A stretch of 64,000 nucleotides of DNA from NCBI GenBank assembly GCA_964016885.1, contig OZ024740.1, positions 172,918,001 through 172,982,000 on the forward strand, given 5' to 3'. Below, piece after piece: positions 1 to 12,594 of the stretch. Positions within the stretch are counted from its first letter, which is position 1, and each line of letters begins with the position of its first letter. The position numbers were made by a program, and so were the translations under genes. The notes below the pieces were generated by a model, which made no database searches, was not told the DNA's origin, and saw only the letters and a program-made list of their open reading frames with translations. Source of the DNA: Eledone cirrhosa (taxonomy: Eukaryota).

Positions 1-891
1 GGTCTTTCTTGCGGCGTGGATGATGCTCACCTCCTCTCGGGTTAGGTCCGTATTGGACATCGCTAAAAATAGGGCCTTATTAAGTACTATGGGTGAGATT
101 GAGGAGTAGTAGCTTGCGATGTCCAGTTGTATAAAGCTGGTCCTACTTTTCTCCTGCAGTATTTTGAACCATTCTATTACTTCTCTCGTGCATGACCATT
201 GCTGTAATTTGGTTTTTTTCCGAAGCTTGGGCAAAATCCTATCCAGTATTCTTTTACTGACGATCCCTAGGTCAGATCTGGAGGGGGCTATTAGTCTGAC
301 AGGGAGGTCGGACTCAAAGTTTGACTTGTGGTCTTTAAGGGTAATCCGCGGCTCCCTTGGTTGGTATGGGGCCGTCCTGTCCTCTATGCCGATTCTGGAT
401 ATAATCCTGTAAGCTGTGGCATTGATCTCATCCAGGGTAAATCCAGGTGTTTTTTTGTAGCATTTCCTCAGTTCCCTGAGGATTAGCTTATTGTACAGTT
501 CAGTGTTCATGTTGTAGAGGTTGTTTGTTTTGTCAGCATGGACAAGTATTCCAGTTGTCCCTTTAAGTACTGTAATCCGGTTTCTCAGGTGTCTGAGGTA
601 CTCCTGACTTCTGGTTGGGTTTCCGGAGAATTTGAGGTTGGATATGATGTTAATCATCTCGTTTTCAAACTCCTCCATTAGTCTGTTATGGGGGGGATTC
701 CTCCTTGATCGAAAAAGGTACTCCATGTTTTCTGTGTTTGTAGTTTTATGCGTTCCTCTTTCGAAGTGGAACGCCTTCCATCTCATCCTACGGATGAGGG
801 AGTCCGTACTCTTGATGAGATCACTGGTGTATTCTCGTTTATCAGGTAGGGGGATGTCCTTCAGTGACGCTAAGGTTGCCAGTTTATCCAT
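1..891 (-). CDS. N-terminal part of Penelope-like (Naiad-like) RT ORF, open and running off the left window edge
   Basis: Manual translation from ATG at 891: MDKLATLASLKDIPLPDK...RMRWKAF...VHADKTNNLY...TLKDHK.NF...PVRLIAPSRSDLG..SKRILD...FIQLDIASYYSSIS...HAARKT. No stop to base 1. Absent from the ORF track because it has no stop in the window. Confidence 0.9.
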   Translation of the reverse strand, partial: MDKLATLASLKDIPLPDKREYTSDLIKSTDSLIRRMRWKAFHFERGTHKTTNTENMEYLFRSRRNPPHNRLMEEFENEMINIISNLKFSGNPTRSQEYLRHLRNRITVLKGTTGILVHADKTNNLYNMNTELYNKLILRELRKCYKKTPGFTLDEINATAYRIISRIGIEDRTAPYQPREPRITLKDHKSNFESDLPVRLIAPSRSDLGIVSKRILDRILPKLRKKTKLQQWSCTREVIEWFKILQEKSRTSFIQLDIASYYSSISPIVLNKALFLAMSNTDLTREEVSIIHAARKT

Positions 892-1093
892 AGTGACTTA
901 GGTCCGCTACTGTTTGAAGCGCTCAACCCGTGTGGGAGCTAGATAGATTTTGAGTTTATGTTGGTTGTATACCAACACCTCAGTATGCAGGCTGGAGCAC
1001 TCGACGAAGTGCGCAGGTTGGTTTGGTTACTCCGGAGTAGTGTAAAATAAAGTTAAATAAAAGTCAAATGATTAAAATTTAGCTTCGTTTATT

Positions 1094-1148
1094 ACTGCTA
1101 TATATATTTCAGTGACAGCCATCTTTGGCTGTGACCTCTTCAGGCAGT
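1094..1148 (-). ncRNA. Type I hammerhead ribozyme in PLE terminus
   Basis: Reverse complement of the 6085-6139 motif. Confidence 0.85.
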
Positions 1149-2339
1149 TTGAATTAGTAATCTATAGACAAGTACATATGTTGTTTAGGTGTATGATATT
1201 GTCAATACTCTGATATGCCCAGTTCCTTGTTGGGTTGTTAATTCACTGGGGAACTGGAGTCATATGAATTCAAACAAACGAATTTTAGTGTCACAGGTCC
1301 CCTTCTCCTCTCATTGGTCAGTTATTAGTGTTGTCATTGTTGGAGTTAGCTTAAAAATTGATAAAATGGTAGAAGGGACAAGGTGTTGAAGGAACAAAAT
1401 ATCAAAAAGTGTGTCAAACTTCCCATTGTTCAGTTCTGAGAGCATTCCTCAGTCAGAAGTCTATAGAATTCTTTCTGGGGTGAGGCTCCCTGTAGTGTTT
1501 ATGCCTGCTATTGTTCAGTACATTTGACCTCGACCATTATTTTGGTACTGTTGTTGTTGTAGTGGTCAGCTTATATCTTGCTGCTGCTAACAGTTTAGAA
1601 GTATTCAGTTTGTGTTTTCTCTTCATCCCACCCGCCACCATCGTAGTGGTGGCGGCGGGGGGGGGGGTTATTTCATGTATATGAAGAAATATAAGGCAAT
1701 AAATGAAGAAAACAGAAGATAAATAAATAATATAATAAAATAAAATAATTAATATAATTTGTGTAATTTGAAAATAAATAAATAAATAGAGAATAAAGAA
1801 TAAAGAGTAAATGAGAGATTGGTGAAAAAGTAATGATAATGTATATGGAGAAGTGAGAAATAATGTAGGATAAAGTGTGTGTGTGTGTGTGCTATAACCA
1901 ATCTCAAGGTCAGAATATGTTGGATAGATTGGTATGATACAAGATGTTAAGATGAGATATTCAATGTGTTTGTGTTATAATCTATCTCAACTTAAAATAA
2001 ATATAAATATAAGGTTATACAGTGAAGAGGGCAGAAAACAAATAACAAATTAATATAGAGAAATCAAGATTTAAGATTGGAACTTTAAAGTCAGAAATCT
2101 GGTAAATTAAAAGTGTTTGTGTTATAGATGTTGGCCAGATTATTATGGCTGTGTCCGATTCTGTCTCTAGGCTATCATGGTGTCTGCTCCGCCTGGGTTG
2201 TTCCCTATGGCTTGAGGGGAGTTCACAACCTAGGGTGTAGTAATTGTCCATATAGCTTGAGGGAGGTCTGGCCGAGAGGTGTTTTCATGTTCTGTAGAAG
2301 TCCCTTTAGCTTGAGGGGAGTTCACATCTTCTTGTGTTG

Positions 2340-2977
2340 CTACTGTCCATATATTTTGAGAAAGGTCCCGGCTCTAAGGTGTCTGCATGTCCCGAAGAAG
2401 TCGGTTCTGAGGTTTATCAGGCCGCTTCCACCTCTTAGTATCTCGAGGGTCTCGTTCAGGCATAGTTTGCATATGTAAGATCCCCCTTTATCGGGTGGTA
2501 CTTTCCTGATTATGTACCAGGCCAGAGAGTATGGGGTCCTGTCCAGCTTAAGCTTCCAGATCAGGTCGGAGAGAGCTGTGCTTTTCCTTTTGGCCTCCTT
2601 CTTGAATGAATGGCGATGGTTGTACCAGCGGTCCTTAAAGCTCGTTGATGTGGCTCCTATGTAGAGGTGTTCGGAGTTGGGGGTTTTAACCCTACAACCG
2701 TACACTATGTTCTTCTTGAGACATTCATTACCAAGGGGGCATGATTCGGGGTTTCTACAGTTGCAGAGGGTGGGCGGCCTCTGCGTGCTTAGATTAGGGT
2801 TCTCATTATGTGTTACATGTTGGTCTTCCCCCATGCTCGGTGGGGGGTCCTTGGGTCTGTTTGTGTTTCTTGGGTGGGCTCTGGGTCCCCCCTTTCCTCC
2901 TTTCACATGGTTCTGCTGAGTGTTTGTATTGCCATCTGCTGGTTGTGTGTGGTTTTTAAGCCTACTTCTGTTGATGC
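2340..2977 (-). pseudogene. 5'-truncated GIY-YIG endonuclease portion of the PLE (inverted-repeat arm)
   Basis: CNCR..CPLGNEC..NIVY...LYIG....FKDRWYNH..SF...STALS..IW.LK...CKLCLNE...INLR..FFGTCRH. Confidence 0.88.
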
Positions 2978-4882
2978 AAGCTACTACTCCTCAATCTCAC
3001 CCATAGTACTTAATAAGGCCCTATTTTTAGCGATGTCCAATACGGACCTAACCCGAGAGGAGGTGAGCATCATCCACGCCGCAAGAAAGACCTTAATCCG
3101 CTTCGATGGAGACCTGTGGACCAGGAGTGATTGGCCAAATAACTTTGACATTACGATGGGCTCCAGCGACTCAGCGCAGGTAACGGACCTGGTTGGGCTC
3201 TACCTGCTGAAGCAGATAAAAGATGAAATCCCCTGCCTGGGCGGCGGATTATATCGTGACGATGCTCTATTCACAGTACATGACCACAGCACCAATATGT
3301 TGGAGGGTATGAGGAGGCGTATTCGCCATTTCTTTAAGAACCAGGGGCTCAGCATAGAAATAGACCCAAATAGGAAGGTAGTTAACTTCCTAGATACCAC
3401 CCTAAACCTGAACACCGAGCAATACTACCCCTACCACAAGCCCAACGAGAAACTAGTATATGTTAACGCCAAATCAAACCACCCTAGATCCATAACCAAG
3501 GCAGTGGTGAAGAGTGTCTCGGACAGGATCTCCAGCCTGTCCGCAAGTAAGGAAATATTCAACAACCACGCGGAATATTACAACGCAGCTCTAAAGAAGG
3601 CGGCACATGGACAAAATATAACATATAGTCCGAAAAGCCGGGAGGTGGATAGCCCAACAGACACCCACAACCGCGTTACCAGAGGGGGGAGGGCGAACCC
3701 TAACAATACAGGCAGAGCAAAATCAAATAAGCACCATGTACCAGACACCACCACACGGGCGGCGGGGACTAGTGCGCTTGACCACGAGATGGAGCACAAT
3801 ATGAGTAGCAGTCTCAGGCGTGATGCTAACTACCCCAGGACGGACAACCCCAACCGCAGGACACGTGGGGGGGGGGAGGAAACGGGCGACCACCCCACGA
3901 TGGATCTCCCGGGGCAGACAACCATCACCCCACAAATCCGGACCGTGAAGATAACAGAAAGTATAGAGCCCAAAAGGGAAGCAACAGTGCGGAAACCACC
4001 AGCAAACCAACAAATCTCCAACAAATCACGAAGCCCCCAACCCACACATATAGGAGGAGACACCGACAAATCACGTGGTACAACCCACCCTACTCAGCGG
4101 CCCTAAAGAAAAGCTTGGCCCGATTGTTCTTTGGAGCACTTGACAAATGCTTCCCGAGGGACCACGGATACCACAGGATCTTCAACAGACACACTGTGAA
4201 GCTCTCGTATTCCACCACGAGAAATTTGGCCCAACACATAGCTAGCATCAACAGAAGTAGGCTTAAAAACCACACACAATCAGAAGATGGCAATACAAAC
4301 ACTCAGCAGAACCATGTGAAAGGAGGAAACGGGGGACCCAGAGCCCACCCAAGAAACACAAACAGACCCAAGGACCCCCCACCTAGCATGGGGGAAGACC
4401 AACATGTAACACATAATGAGAACCCTAATCTAAGCACGCAGAGGCCGCCCACCTTCTGCAACTGTAGAAACCCCGAATCATGCCCCCTTGGTAATGAATG
4501 TCTCAAGAAGAACATAGTGTACGGTTGTAGGGTTAAAACCCCCAACTCCGAACACCTCTACATAGGAGCCACATCAACGAGCTTTAAGGACCGCTGGTAC
4601 AACCATCGCCATTCATTCAAGAAGGAGGCCAAAAGGAAAAGCACAGCTCTCTCCGACCTGATCTGGAAGCTTAAGCTGGACAGGACCCCATACTCTCTGG
4701 CCTGGTACATAATCAGGAAAGTACCACCCGATAAAGGGGGATCTTGCATATGCAAACTATGCCTGAACGAGACCCTCGAGATACTAAGAGGTGGAAGCGG
4801 CCTGATAAACCTCAGAACCGACTTCTTCGGGACATGCAGACACCTTAGAGCCGGGACCTTTCTCAAAATATATGGACAGTAG
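2976..4882 (+). CDS. PLE RT (5'-truncated), linker and GIY-YIG endonuclease, with one frameshift near the G10 run at 3867-3876
   Basis: RT motifs FDITMGSSDSA, GGLYRDD, VNFLD, PYHKPN, SNHP. Second frame open 3809-4882 carrying ITWYNPPYS and the GIY-YIG/CxxC/CRH motifs. Confidence 0.9.
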
Positions 4883-5025
4883 CAACACAAGAAGATGTGA
4901 ACTCCCCTCAAGCTATAGGGACTTCTACAGAACATGAAAACACCTCTCGGCCAGACCTCCCTCAAGCTATATGGACAATTACAACACCCTAGGTTGTGAA
5001 CTCCCCTCAAGCCATAGGGAACAAC
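4850..5025 (+). repeat. Degenerate ~25-nt repeats (ctcccctcaagctataggga / ctccctcaagctatatggaca) at the ORF end and 3' UTR
   Basis: Four related copies visible, mirrored at ~2200-2370. Confidence 0.6.
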
Positions 5026-6084
5026 CCAGGCGGAGCAGACACCATGATAGCCTAGAGACAGAATCGGACACAGCCATAATAATCTGGCCAACATCTATAA
5101 CACAAACACTTTTAATTTACCAGATTTCTGACTTTAAAGTTCCAATCTTAAATCTTGATTTCTCTATATTAATTTGTTATTTGTTTTCTGCCCTCTTCAC
5201 TGTATAACCTTATATTTATATTTATTTTAAGTTGAGATAGATTATAACACAAACACATTGAATATCTCATCTTAACATCTTGTATCATACCAATCTATCC
5301 AACATATTCTGACCTTGAGATTGGTTATAGCACACACACACACACACACTTTATCCTACATTATTTCTCACTTCTCCATATACATTATCATTACTTTTTC
5401 ACCAATCTCTCATTTACTCTTTATTCTTTATTCTCTATTTATTTATTTATTTTCAAATTACACAAATTATATTAATTATTTTATTTTATTATATTATTTA
5501 TTTATCTTCTGTTTTCTTCATTTATTGCCTTATATTTCTTCATATACATGAAATAACCCCCCCCCCCCCCCCCCCCGCCGCCACCACTACGATGGTGGCG
5601 GGTGGGATGAAGAGAAAACACAAACTGAATACTTCTAAACTGTTAGCAGCAGCAAGATATAAGCTGACCACTACAACAACAACAGTACCAAAATAATGGT
5701 CGAGGTCAAATGTACTGAACAATAGCAGGCATAAACACTACAGGGAGCCTCACCCCAGAAAGAATTCTATAGACTTCTGACTGAGGAATGCTCTCAGAAC
5801 TGAACAATGGGAAGTTTGACACATTTTTTGATATTTTGTTCCTTCAACACCTTGTCCCTTCTACCATTTTATCAATTTTTAAGCTAACTCCAACAATGAC
5901 AACACTAATAACTGACCAATGAGAGGAGAAGGGGACCTGTGACACTAAAATTCGTTTGTTTGAATTCATATGACTCCAGTTCCCCAGTGAATTAACAACC
6001 CAACAAGGAACTGGGCATATCAGAGTATTGACAATATCATACACCTAAACAACATATGTACTTGTCTATAGATTACTAATTCAA

Positions 6085-6139
6085 ACTGCCTGAAGAGGTC
6101 ACAGCCAAAGATGGCTGTCACTGAAATATATATAGCAGT
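6085..6139 (+). ncRNA. Type I hammerhead ribozyme in PLE terminus
   Basis: actgc-CTGAAGA-g-gtcacagcc aaagat ggctgtcac-t-GAAA-tatata-TA-gcagt, immediately followed by AATAAA. Confidence 0.87.
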
Positions 6140-6183
6140 AATAAACGAAGCTAAATTTTAATCATTTGACTTTTATTTAACTT

Positions 6184-6244
<61 letters not shown>

Positions 6245-6245
<1 letters not shown>

Positions 6246-8921
6246 AGCATTTGAAAACTATATAAAATATACAATATAAAATATGAATTATAATTTTTAA
6301 AATGAATTATAATTTTTAAAATGAATTATAATTTTAAAAAATGAATTATAATTTAAAAAAATATAAGAATATAGAAAATAAAATACACAGTATAAAATAT
6401 GAATTTGAATTATAATTTCCTTATACCCATCATAGGAATTTTCAAAATATCCTTCTTCAAATCTTTCAGTACGTTTATCAAGAAAAGTTTTTCAAGGAAA
6501 AAATTTTCAAGAAAAAACTTTTCTTTTAAGAGAGTTATAAGCAATCATATGAAGGAATCTAATGAATTATCGATAGGTTTAATAAAGATGAGTTATGTAT
6601 TACATTTTATATATATATTTAAAAGTTGAGTTCAATCTATGTTTGCAAGAACTGAAAAGATTATTCCTTAAATTAACAGAATTCTTACTTTTTAATATAA
6701 AGAATATTTCCTCTATACAAAGAGCACAATTTTCAGAAGAAGCATTGAATGGAGGAGCTTTGGAGATAATATTCCAAAGTAAAGAATAGTTAGTGTTCTT
6801 TGATTTTAGGCCCCATAGTAAATTCGATAGAGAAGTTGAAGATTTTTTATTTATATTCGTAAAAGAGCATTTATGGTTATTAAAACGGGACTTAAAATCT
6901 GTGGAGGTAGAGCCTACGTAATTAAATGAATTTAAATTAGTTTTTACATTACAATTATATAATTTATTTTTAACTAAACAATTGTTATTTAACGGACAGT
7001 TAGATTTATTTCTACAGTTACATTTATCAAAATTTAAGTTTCTAGGAGCCGTATTATTCAGTTGGATATTGCTGGGGTTATTAATGGTATTCTGGTTAGG
7101 TTTTAAGTTTCTATTATTAATTCTATTAATATTCTGCGCTAAATTACTGGTGGTTGAATACGTTAATTGTATAGTATGTCTATTAAATATTGAGTAATAC
7201 CTATGTGTTCTAGGGAAGCATTTATCTAGAGCTTTAAAGAATAATTTAGCAATAGGAGTTTTAATACTTAATGAGAAAGGAGGAGCGACCATAATATATT
7301 CCTAGTTCTATTTCTTTTTTGGTTTTTCGAATTATTGTAAGGTTTTCTATTATAGTTGTTAAAATTATGGTTATTTGTCATATCATTATTATCAATGTAT
7401 TTAATTTTATTACTATATCCAGCTCTACCTAACGCTTCGTTATAATATTGTTTCTACTTTAGGCACAAGGCCAGCAATTACCCAGTGCATTACTGGTACT
7501 TTATTTTATCGACCCCGTAAGGATGAAAGGCAAAGTCAACCTCGGCGGGATTTGAACTCCGATGGTAAAGGGACGTAACTATGCTGGAAAGCATGGTGTC
7601 TGACCCTCTACCGATACTGCCAATCCACTGCCCTTCGTTATAATATTGCGCTTTATCTTCAAAAATATTCTTATTAGCTGAAATTCTAGAAATACGTTGC
7701 TGCACAGAGTTTACTATAGTGTTTTTAACGGATCTGGGGTGATTGGAATTAAAATTAACGTAGTTTAAGTTCTCGTTTATTTTGTGAAATGGATTATAAA
7801 GACCTGTGTTAAAGTTTAAAGTTACATCTAGAAAGTTAACTATTTTATAATTGTTCTCTATTTCTACTTTAAGATTAAGGTAATTAAAAAATTGTATAAT
7901 TTCATTTCTTTTCCTATTTATTTCACAATTATTATTATTTTCTATAAGTAATAGCATATCGTCGCGATATAAACCTCCGGTCATCTCCGGTATTTTCCTA
8001 TGTAGAGTATTATTAATAAAAAGCCCCACAAGATCCGTTATTCGGGCGGAATCGGATGACCCCATAATATCGAAATTACTATCTCTGTTTGCTCTAGTCC
8101 AGAGGTGGTTGTTAAATTTAATTGATGTTTTCCGTGCAGTTAAGATAATGCGCATTTCATTACTAGTTAAGTCTGTATGTTTAAATGCATATGTTAGGGC
8201 TTTATTAAGTAGATTAGGAGTGATGGATGAGTAATAATTAGCAATATCCAATTGAATAAACTTATTATTATAGTTATATTTAATGTCTTTAAACCAGTCG
8301 ATAACTTCGTTAGTTCCTTTCCATAATTTTAAATAAGATAATTATTTAATTTGTTGTATGATTCTGTCTAAAATGTTCTTGCTAAGTATGCCAAGGTCCG
8401 ATTTAGATGGTGCAATTAATCTAACAGGTAATTCAATTTCAAAATTCCTTTTATGGTCCTTCATATTAATTTTTGGTTTCCTTGGCATGAAGGGTTGTGT
8501 CCTATTTTCAATATCTAATTCTTGCATTATGTAAGAAGCTTCTGTATTCAATTTTTCAAGTTCATCATTGGTTGTTTTTTTGTATTTCTTCCTTAATTCC
8601 TTTAATATAAGATCGCTATAAATATCCTTTTGCATTCCATAGAGATTGTTGGTTTTATCTGACTTGACTAGAATTTTTTCCGTTTTTTCAAAGCTTTCTA
8701 TATTATTTTTGAGATTTCTTAGGTAATCCTGGCCTATGAAGTTGTTTTTTTTAAATTTAATGCTTTGAATGATAGAGATGATTTCATTTTCAAAATCCAT
8801 TAGTAGTTTGTTGGAAGGTGGATTCTTTTTAGATTTGAAGATTCTATCGAGATTATACACACAAACTACTGACCAAATATTGTTTGGGTTAACACATCTG
8901 TCAAATCAATTAGTAGTGAAG

Positions 8922-8925
<4 letters not shown>
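6245..8925 (-). mobile_element. Second, AT-rich, decayed Naiad-like PLE (RT + GIY-YIG), flanked by (TA)n on both sides
   Basis: ORF fragments 8342-8860 (KSDKTNNLY, KDHK, PVRLIAP), 7490-8251 (GGLYRDD, NFLD), 6600-7292 (CNCR..CPL, YVG, CALC, CKH). Frameshifts and a SINE insertion. Confidence 0.88.
7451..7632 (-). mobile_element. tRNA-type SINE inserted in PLE RT, with 16-bp TSD
   Basis: TSD cttcgttataatattg at 7435-7450 and 7633-7648. B-box gagttcaaatcc and core gcctttcatccttacggggtcgataaaat (Deu/Nin-like, tentative). Confidence 0.88.
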
Positions 8926-8973
<48 letters not shown>

Positions 8974-9153
8974 CACCGAATATTTATTATAATGCTCGGT
9001 GTGTTTGTAAACAAACATCCCGAATTAAGCCGTACAGTGTCTAGCAACCATTTGTTCAACACTCACTCGATATGCAAATTAGGCTGCTCAGCCGTTAATA
9101 TGCATAAGGAAAGTATATACTTTCAGACGTTCAATCATCTGGCAGGAAGGTAT

Positions 9154-9196
9154 ACGTTGCTGACGATAGCTAATAAGCTTGAAACTAGTACAGCGT
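9154..9196 (+). ncRNA. Type I hammerhead ribozyme (family A)
   Basis: acgttg-CTGACGA-tagct aata agctt-GAAA-ctag-TA-cagcgt. Confidence 0.87.
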
Positions 9197-9584
9197 TCCT
9201 TTGTCAGTGTTGAACAAATGAGCAACGATGGTTGCTAGACACTGTACGGCTTAATTCGGGATGTTTGTTTACAAACACAACGAGCTTTATAATAAATGTT
9301 CGGTGAATCCACACGTATATATATATATATGTGTGCATGTATGTATATGTATATACATACTACTGTACGTCTGTATACATATATGTATGTACGTATACAT
9401 ACTTATATTTAAGTAACAGCCGTACTAAGAGTGAGAAATGAAATTTCGTTTCATTCTTTCCGTTTATCGTTTTCGGTGCGCCCGGCCGATTAACTCACAC
9501 GATATGCAAATTAGGTGCTCAGCCGTTAATATGCACAAGGAAAGTATATACCTTCAGACGTTCAATCATCTGGCAGGAAGGTAT

Positions 9585-9627
9585 ACGTTGCTGACGATAG
9601 CTAATAAGCTTGAAACTAGTAGAGCGT
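9585..9627 (+). ncRNA. Type I hammerhead ribozyme (family A, second monomer)
   Basis: Same core, with one stem I mismatch (gagcgt). Confidence 0.8.
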
Positions 9628-9890
9628 TCCTTTGTCAGTGTTGAACAAATGAGCAGTGATGGTTGCTAGACACTGTACGGCTTAATTCGGGATGTTTGTT
9701 TACAAACACACCGAGCATTATAATAAATGTTCGGTGAATCCACACGTATATATATATATGTGTGCATGTATGTATATGTATATACATACTACTGTACGTC
9801 TGTATACATATATGTATGTACGTATACATACTTATATTTAAGTAACAGCCGTACTAAGAGTGAGAAATGAAATTTCGGCTCATTTTTTCC

Positions 9891-9939
<49 letters not shown>

Positions 9940-10749
9940 CGTGTCTAATCTTGCTAACTAAATATCTATTTGTATGTGTCTAAACTTATTATACAACAAA
10001 TATAGCAGAAGGGTTTTGCGGCACGCCATTTTTTCTTTCTTCTCACTATTTGGATAATTATTTTTAACATGGTCAATTATTTAGCTGGTGGTGTGTTTGA
10101 TAAAATCGACCCCTGTACTTATCCGGATTACTGATTTTTCGACCTTCAAGACGACATTGATAGAATTTTAATTCAGAAGGCAGAAGATAGTCGTAAAATA
10201 ATTTTCTCTCGTGCGATGCTATACTGTTTTTAACACACAAGACATCTGTTATATGGATCCTTATAAATAAATTCAATTATGTTTAAAACTTCCTCCCTTT
10301 CTTCTTTTCCTCCTTAAAAGTACCCACATAAACATAAGCAATCTCACATATATACATGTATATTACACATAGAACAACGTAGAAAACAGCACAAAACAAT
10401 ACAAAGGAAGTATAGATTCTATATTCTCCTGAATATCAAATATAGTGGGGCACAGCATGGAACTGTTTGACCGCAAACTAATCACTGGTCTTCTTTTATT
10501 CTTGCTTGCTCTGAATAGATTACTCACTAATGCTGGTAGCAATACAGTTGTGATTCCATATGAACCCATCTTTAATTGATGCTAAATAGGAAGCAGAATC
10601 GTTTATTTATTTTTATTTATTTTTATTTATTTTATATCATTAGCCATTTTCCTTGCGTGCCTTATGTCATTTGAGAAGGTATGAATGCATCTCGAGAAAC
10701 CTAACTTTACCTATTCCAAATATTGTAACGATTTACAAATAAAGCATTA

Positions 10750-11190
10750 TGCCCTGTGTTCAAATCCCACCAAGATGTCCTTTTCTTTTCATCCTTCTTG
10801 AGTGGATAAAAAAAGCACGAGTAAAATACTGAGTCAATATGATCGATGATTGACTATTTGCTGCTCCTGGAGTTTCTGATCTTGTCCTTTGTAAGAAATT
10901 ATTAGTAAATAATTATTTCTACTTTTGGCACAAGGCCAGCAATTACCAAGTGCATTACTGGTACTTTATTTTATCGACCCCGTAAGGATGAAAGGCAAAG
11001 TTAACCTTGGCGGGATTTGAACTCAGAATGGCAAGGGCCGTAACTCAATAGTAAATAATGTATAGCTTGTGCAGCGATATGACAGAGTCGTCACAACATC
11101 AGATAGACTCCCTGACGTTATTCGCTCCGGTTCTCTATACTCTGAGTTCGATTGACGCTGAAGTCAACATGGCCTTTCATCTTTTTTTTA
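10750..11190. mobile_element. Cluster of three SINE copies (+, -, +)
   Basis: gttcaaatcc / cctttcatc / gataaaa motifs. 10910-11040 nearly matches the 7451 copy. Confidence 0.7.
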
Positions 11191-12392
11191 CGAAAAATAT
11201 TTTTCTCCTTTTTTCTCTGTGAACACACCAATCGAGAATGCCTTCTATTTCTTCTCTCTCCCTATTTCTTTCCCTCTCCTTCTTTTATTCTCTCTTTTTC
11301 CTTTATGTTAGCACTATAAACCTAACAGATAAATAGTTCTGATCCTTTTACAGAATTATGGCAAACATTGTTCATGATGGGGCTTAGTAGTTTAATGCAT
11401 TCAGCGTTTGAAATCAAGGATGTATTTTTGCCACTGTTTTGAATAGAGAAATTTTGTTGCTGCATTTGTTTATCCCAAGGTCCACCCCGAGAAATATTTA
11501 TGTATGGGCCTGTAACTCCTGATGGGGTCATAGTCGCACCGACGTGACATATAGCATATTTGGGGATTTTTTAAGATGGTGGAGCCCATATAGTCCTAGG
11601 TCTGAACACAATCGATTACTTCCAGAGAAATATGTATAGCGGAAAAAATTGATTCCTAGTACTTCTTTTTTGTAGACCTCCAAATGATAATTGGCGTGAT
11701 TAGAACTCAGAGCGCCTCTGTTATGGCGGTACTGTGGGATTTGAAGAATGTTTCAACTGTTAATTCTAGCAGGCCAAGAAACTGTACAGAGGCAGCCCCT
11801 TTGGGCCTTTCCACTGATATTGTATGTGCATCTGATAACTATTGTAGATAGTAGATATCTAATATTAATTTCTCATAGAATCTAAAGTATTGTAAAAAAC
11901 TAAAACAAAATCATCTCAGATTATATATGGAATAGAAAATCGATCGACAAGATCCCAGAACTCATTCGCTTGCCGAGTGGGATGGACCTTGTCAAATCGG
12001 ACCAAGGAAACAATGTTCCTATTAGTCTTTCCATTGCTGATACTATCTACTGTTCGCAACTCCAGGAAGAAGGAGCAACGTGAAATAACGTGTCTTGCTA
12101 ATGGACACAACGCTGACTAGGGGTACGTCTTAAAATATGCATCGTTAGGCGTTTTTTATTTGTTTTTGTTTGTTTAGAAAGGGTCTTTATTGGCACCAGG
12201 AGAGGAACTTCTTTAACAGTCAAATATGGAAGTAACACAAGCCAACCTTATATTAATATTGTTGTTGTATTTGTCCTCGTCATTATTGTTGTTATTGTTG
12301 TTGTCGTTATCGTCGTCGTCAACGTTCTCCTTGTTCATGTCCTCGTTGTTGTTATCATTGTTATCGTTGTTGTTGTTGTTGTTGAAGTCGTT

Positions 12393-12427
<35 letters not shown>

Positions 12428-12594
12428 CGTTGTTGTTGCTGATGAGAAGGCTCTTATTGTTTTTATTATTGTTGTTGGTGGTGTTTAGCCTCGGTCTAGT
12501 TCAAATTGATCAGCGCTATAATCAAAGATGTTCTACCTGGAAATATCCACATAATGTTTATTTTTTTACTTTATCATTTAATGTAAATAGGACT

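Larger units (their letters stand above)
1..6188. mobile_element. Young Penelope-like element complex: minus-strand copy with upstream partial tandem repeat (pLTR) plus inverted 5'-truncated copy
   Basis: 1045-2977 is the near-identical reverse complement of 4245-6188. RT and GIY-YIG ORFs present, HHR in both termini, 3' end abuts (TA)n at 6190. Tandem plus inverted architecture is established for PLEs. Confidence 0.92.
8971..9893 (+). mobile_element. Family A non-coding HHR element: ~431-nt tandem dimer with short inverted 5' piece
   Basis: 9061-9490 repeated at 9493-9893. 8971-9060 is the reverse complement of ~9208-9309. Flanked by (TA)n. Confidence 0.85.

Noticed and set aside
6280-6415. 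Short repeats (aaaatgaattataatttt)n as a CRISPR-like array
   Set aside because: Contiguous minisatellite without unique spacers, in eukaryotic context.
2976-8860. Selenocysteine (in-frame UGA plus SECIS), reported for some Naiad PLEs
   Set aside because: Conserved Cys positions are ordinary Cys codons. The ORF breaks are frameshifts, TAA or a SINE insertion, and no convincing SECIS was seen.
9100-9150. Second, antisense HHR-like motif in family A (CAGATGA...GAAA-gtatatac-TT)
   Set aside because: No stem I or stem II pairing, and the core is not kept in the 18083 copy.
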